A DNA stretch of 64,000 nucleotides from Tortispora ganteri (taxonomy: Eukaryota), in NCBI GenBank assembly GCA_003707115.1, contig PPNB01000010.1:186001-250000 (forward strand). Direction: 5' to 3'. The position numbers and the translations under genes are program-made. Under the pieces are notes generated by a model that ran no database searches, had not been told where the DNA came from, and worked only from the letters and a program-made list of their open reading frames with translations. Positions 62,181-64,000 of the stretch are shown one piece after another. How positions within the stretch are numbered: position 1 is the stretch's first letter; every line of letters starts with the position of its first letter.

Positions 62181-64000
62181 ATTGAGTGCACAAAGAAAAA
62201 CAAGATATGCGATGTAAATGGGCGGGTAGGAGACAAACTAACTGTTTTAGTGTAACAGTGGTCTAAGTGATTCCGATAAGGTTAAAGGTGCGAGAGCTAT
62301 TACTGAGCGAAGGCTGATTACAAAATTGTCGAACGCAGTGTTAGCAGGAAACAATGATGATATAGCGACAATTTATATTTGGCAAAAATTGAACAAAATA
62401 ATAGGTAATGATTACATGCTATGATTGATCTGAGTTCTTACTGATGAGGTTGGGGACGTAGATAGTTCTAATACAATGACTTGGGCTGTGAACTGCTCTA
62501 AACTCCTATAAACTAATGCAAAACCCGATTAGACTTGTAGAGAAAAATAGTCAATAGCATTGTAACTGTCTATGTAAAACAAGAACAATGTTTATAGGGT
62601 GGTGGGAGTGCAGAGTCATTATAGTATTATACTCAATGAGCCAACTATATGAGCTGTGTAACGTTATTGTTGTACATTAGGAAGTTCAGCTCAAACGTTC
62701 ATATTATCATTACGGTGCCAGTCTATGTAGTCAAACTAGAAATTCAACTATTAAAATAGTGAATATTAAAATAATATATGTCAATAAGGCTTGAAACAAG
62801 ACTATTCAGCTAAATCGATATTGATCTAAACGCGCCTGTTATGCACGCATTCTGAGACACTTTACTTGTGTCATTAACATTAAGGTTTTTTATACAATTA
62901 CAGGCGGTGAACTAAAATAAGAAAAGCACGGAAAATGACAGCCAATAACGCACATTTTAAAAGTCTAGATCATTTACCTGCACATTTAAGATAAAGTAAT
63001 AACCCCAAAAAGTCACTGTCAGCTAAAGGCGGCTGATATGTTTTAGATGGTTATGTTAAGACTTATACAGAGTCGTAGAGTATACTAAAAGTGCGAAATA
63101 CGAAACAATACCTATTTATACGAATCTCCGTTGTTTATAATAGTCTCTTAGCGCTTCAAATATTATTAAATCTATCATAAATGAGGCTGTGAAAATTGAA
63201 AAGCAAACAATTAGTGATTTTAGGAGTTTGAAAATGACATTCCAGCGTGAACTTAATAATAGTTAAGATTTTCGTCACTTAAGAGCATCTCATATTAGTT
63301 TGAAGAGACAATAGATCTTGAATTAGACTAACTGTTAAGAAAATGCGTGCACATTTTGCGCAGTTTATCTCAATTAAATAGTGATGTTAGTCTCGACCAT
63401 CGGTGAAACAGATCATAATTAGGTAAAATAGCCGCTAAAATCTTTGTTGCGAATCGTTGGAATTAGGCCAAGAACTGATGCATTAATTAGGAAAAAATCG
63501 GAGAATGAATTTATTGCCAGACATAATGCTTCGGCTATACAATAGCTGTGTTCATATAAACCTATTTAACTCGATCAAAATGTTGATCACCACACACGAA
63601 CTGTCTGTTCCATTTGCTTTTACCTTAGAGACTTACTTGTGCATAATATTGAACCAGCTCGTCTACTTCAGCAGTTTCATAGCTATAATCTAAACTTTCA
63701 AACTAACTAATCAACCTTGCCTAAATGTGCAATTCGTTTACTCAATGAAAGTGTAATGTGAAGTACATTTGGGACCGGATCGTGATGTACGTTACTTCAT
63801 TATTTTTTGATGTCCCGTGGCTCACGAGGATCAGCTGTCAGCCAATGAATGAATCGCTAACTGAGGTGCGCTTTTGCATTCTATTTCTTTTTTTTATAGC
63901 TTTCCTCTAATGTGTAGATTTATTTTTTTTTGTATTTATTAAGCCACAGAACATATAAATTAATTAAATATTATTAATTGCAGTATTGCACCTTTACGAG

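Noticed and set aside
62354..62444. ATGATGA ... CTGA resembling a box C/D snoRNA
   Set aside because: Weak terminal stem and no convincing rRNA-antisense guide; such boxes are common in AT-rich DNA.
1..64000. tRNA, rRNA, CRISPR arrays, transposases or retroelement genes
   Set aside because: None recognised by eye; the window is eukaryotic single-copy gene space.

Overview
This is eukaryotic (fungal) DNA from a very compact, nearly intron-free ascomycete yeast. An early-diverging budding-yeast lineage is inferred from EF-3, TRAPPC11 and a Rum1-type CDK inhibitor; CTG reads as Leu at a conserved position (PUT2 G-N-L). I can support 31 protein-coding genes, mostly housekeeping: BFR2 (partial, missed by the ORF track), MKS1-like, ORC1, GIM5, PRP46, ceramidase, SGM1, TRAPPC11, MGM1, NMT1, MIP1, RIA1, PET123, PUT2, prolidase, SulP, ESS1, YEF3, LAT1, EMW1, POM33, DAK, Rum1-like, SUA7, ATP14, ILV2, VPS35, PAQR/IZH, plus the three GlcNAc genes below. 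The main highlights are: (1) a tandem three-gene GlcNAc sensing/uptake cassette at 44.1-51.4 kb (GH3-GNAT sensor NGS1 with a degenerate active site, NGT1-type transporter, Ndt80-family RON1/REP1 regulator), with no catabolic enzymes in the window and four Ndt80-type CACAAA boxes, two forming a palindrome, upstream of the transporter; (2) a ~1 kb stretch without a credible ORF between YEF3 and LAT1 that can fold into a pseudoknot, long hairpins and a three-way junction with plus-strand G-U pairs, making it a candidate structured ncRNA such as telomerase RNA; (3) a likely 5'-UTR intron in YEF3; (4) a 9-bp coding overlap between convergent VPS35 and the PAQR gene. Gene calls come from motifs I recognise by eye; no database search was run.
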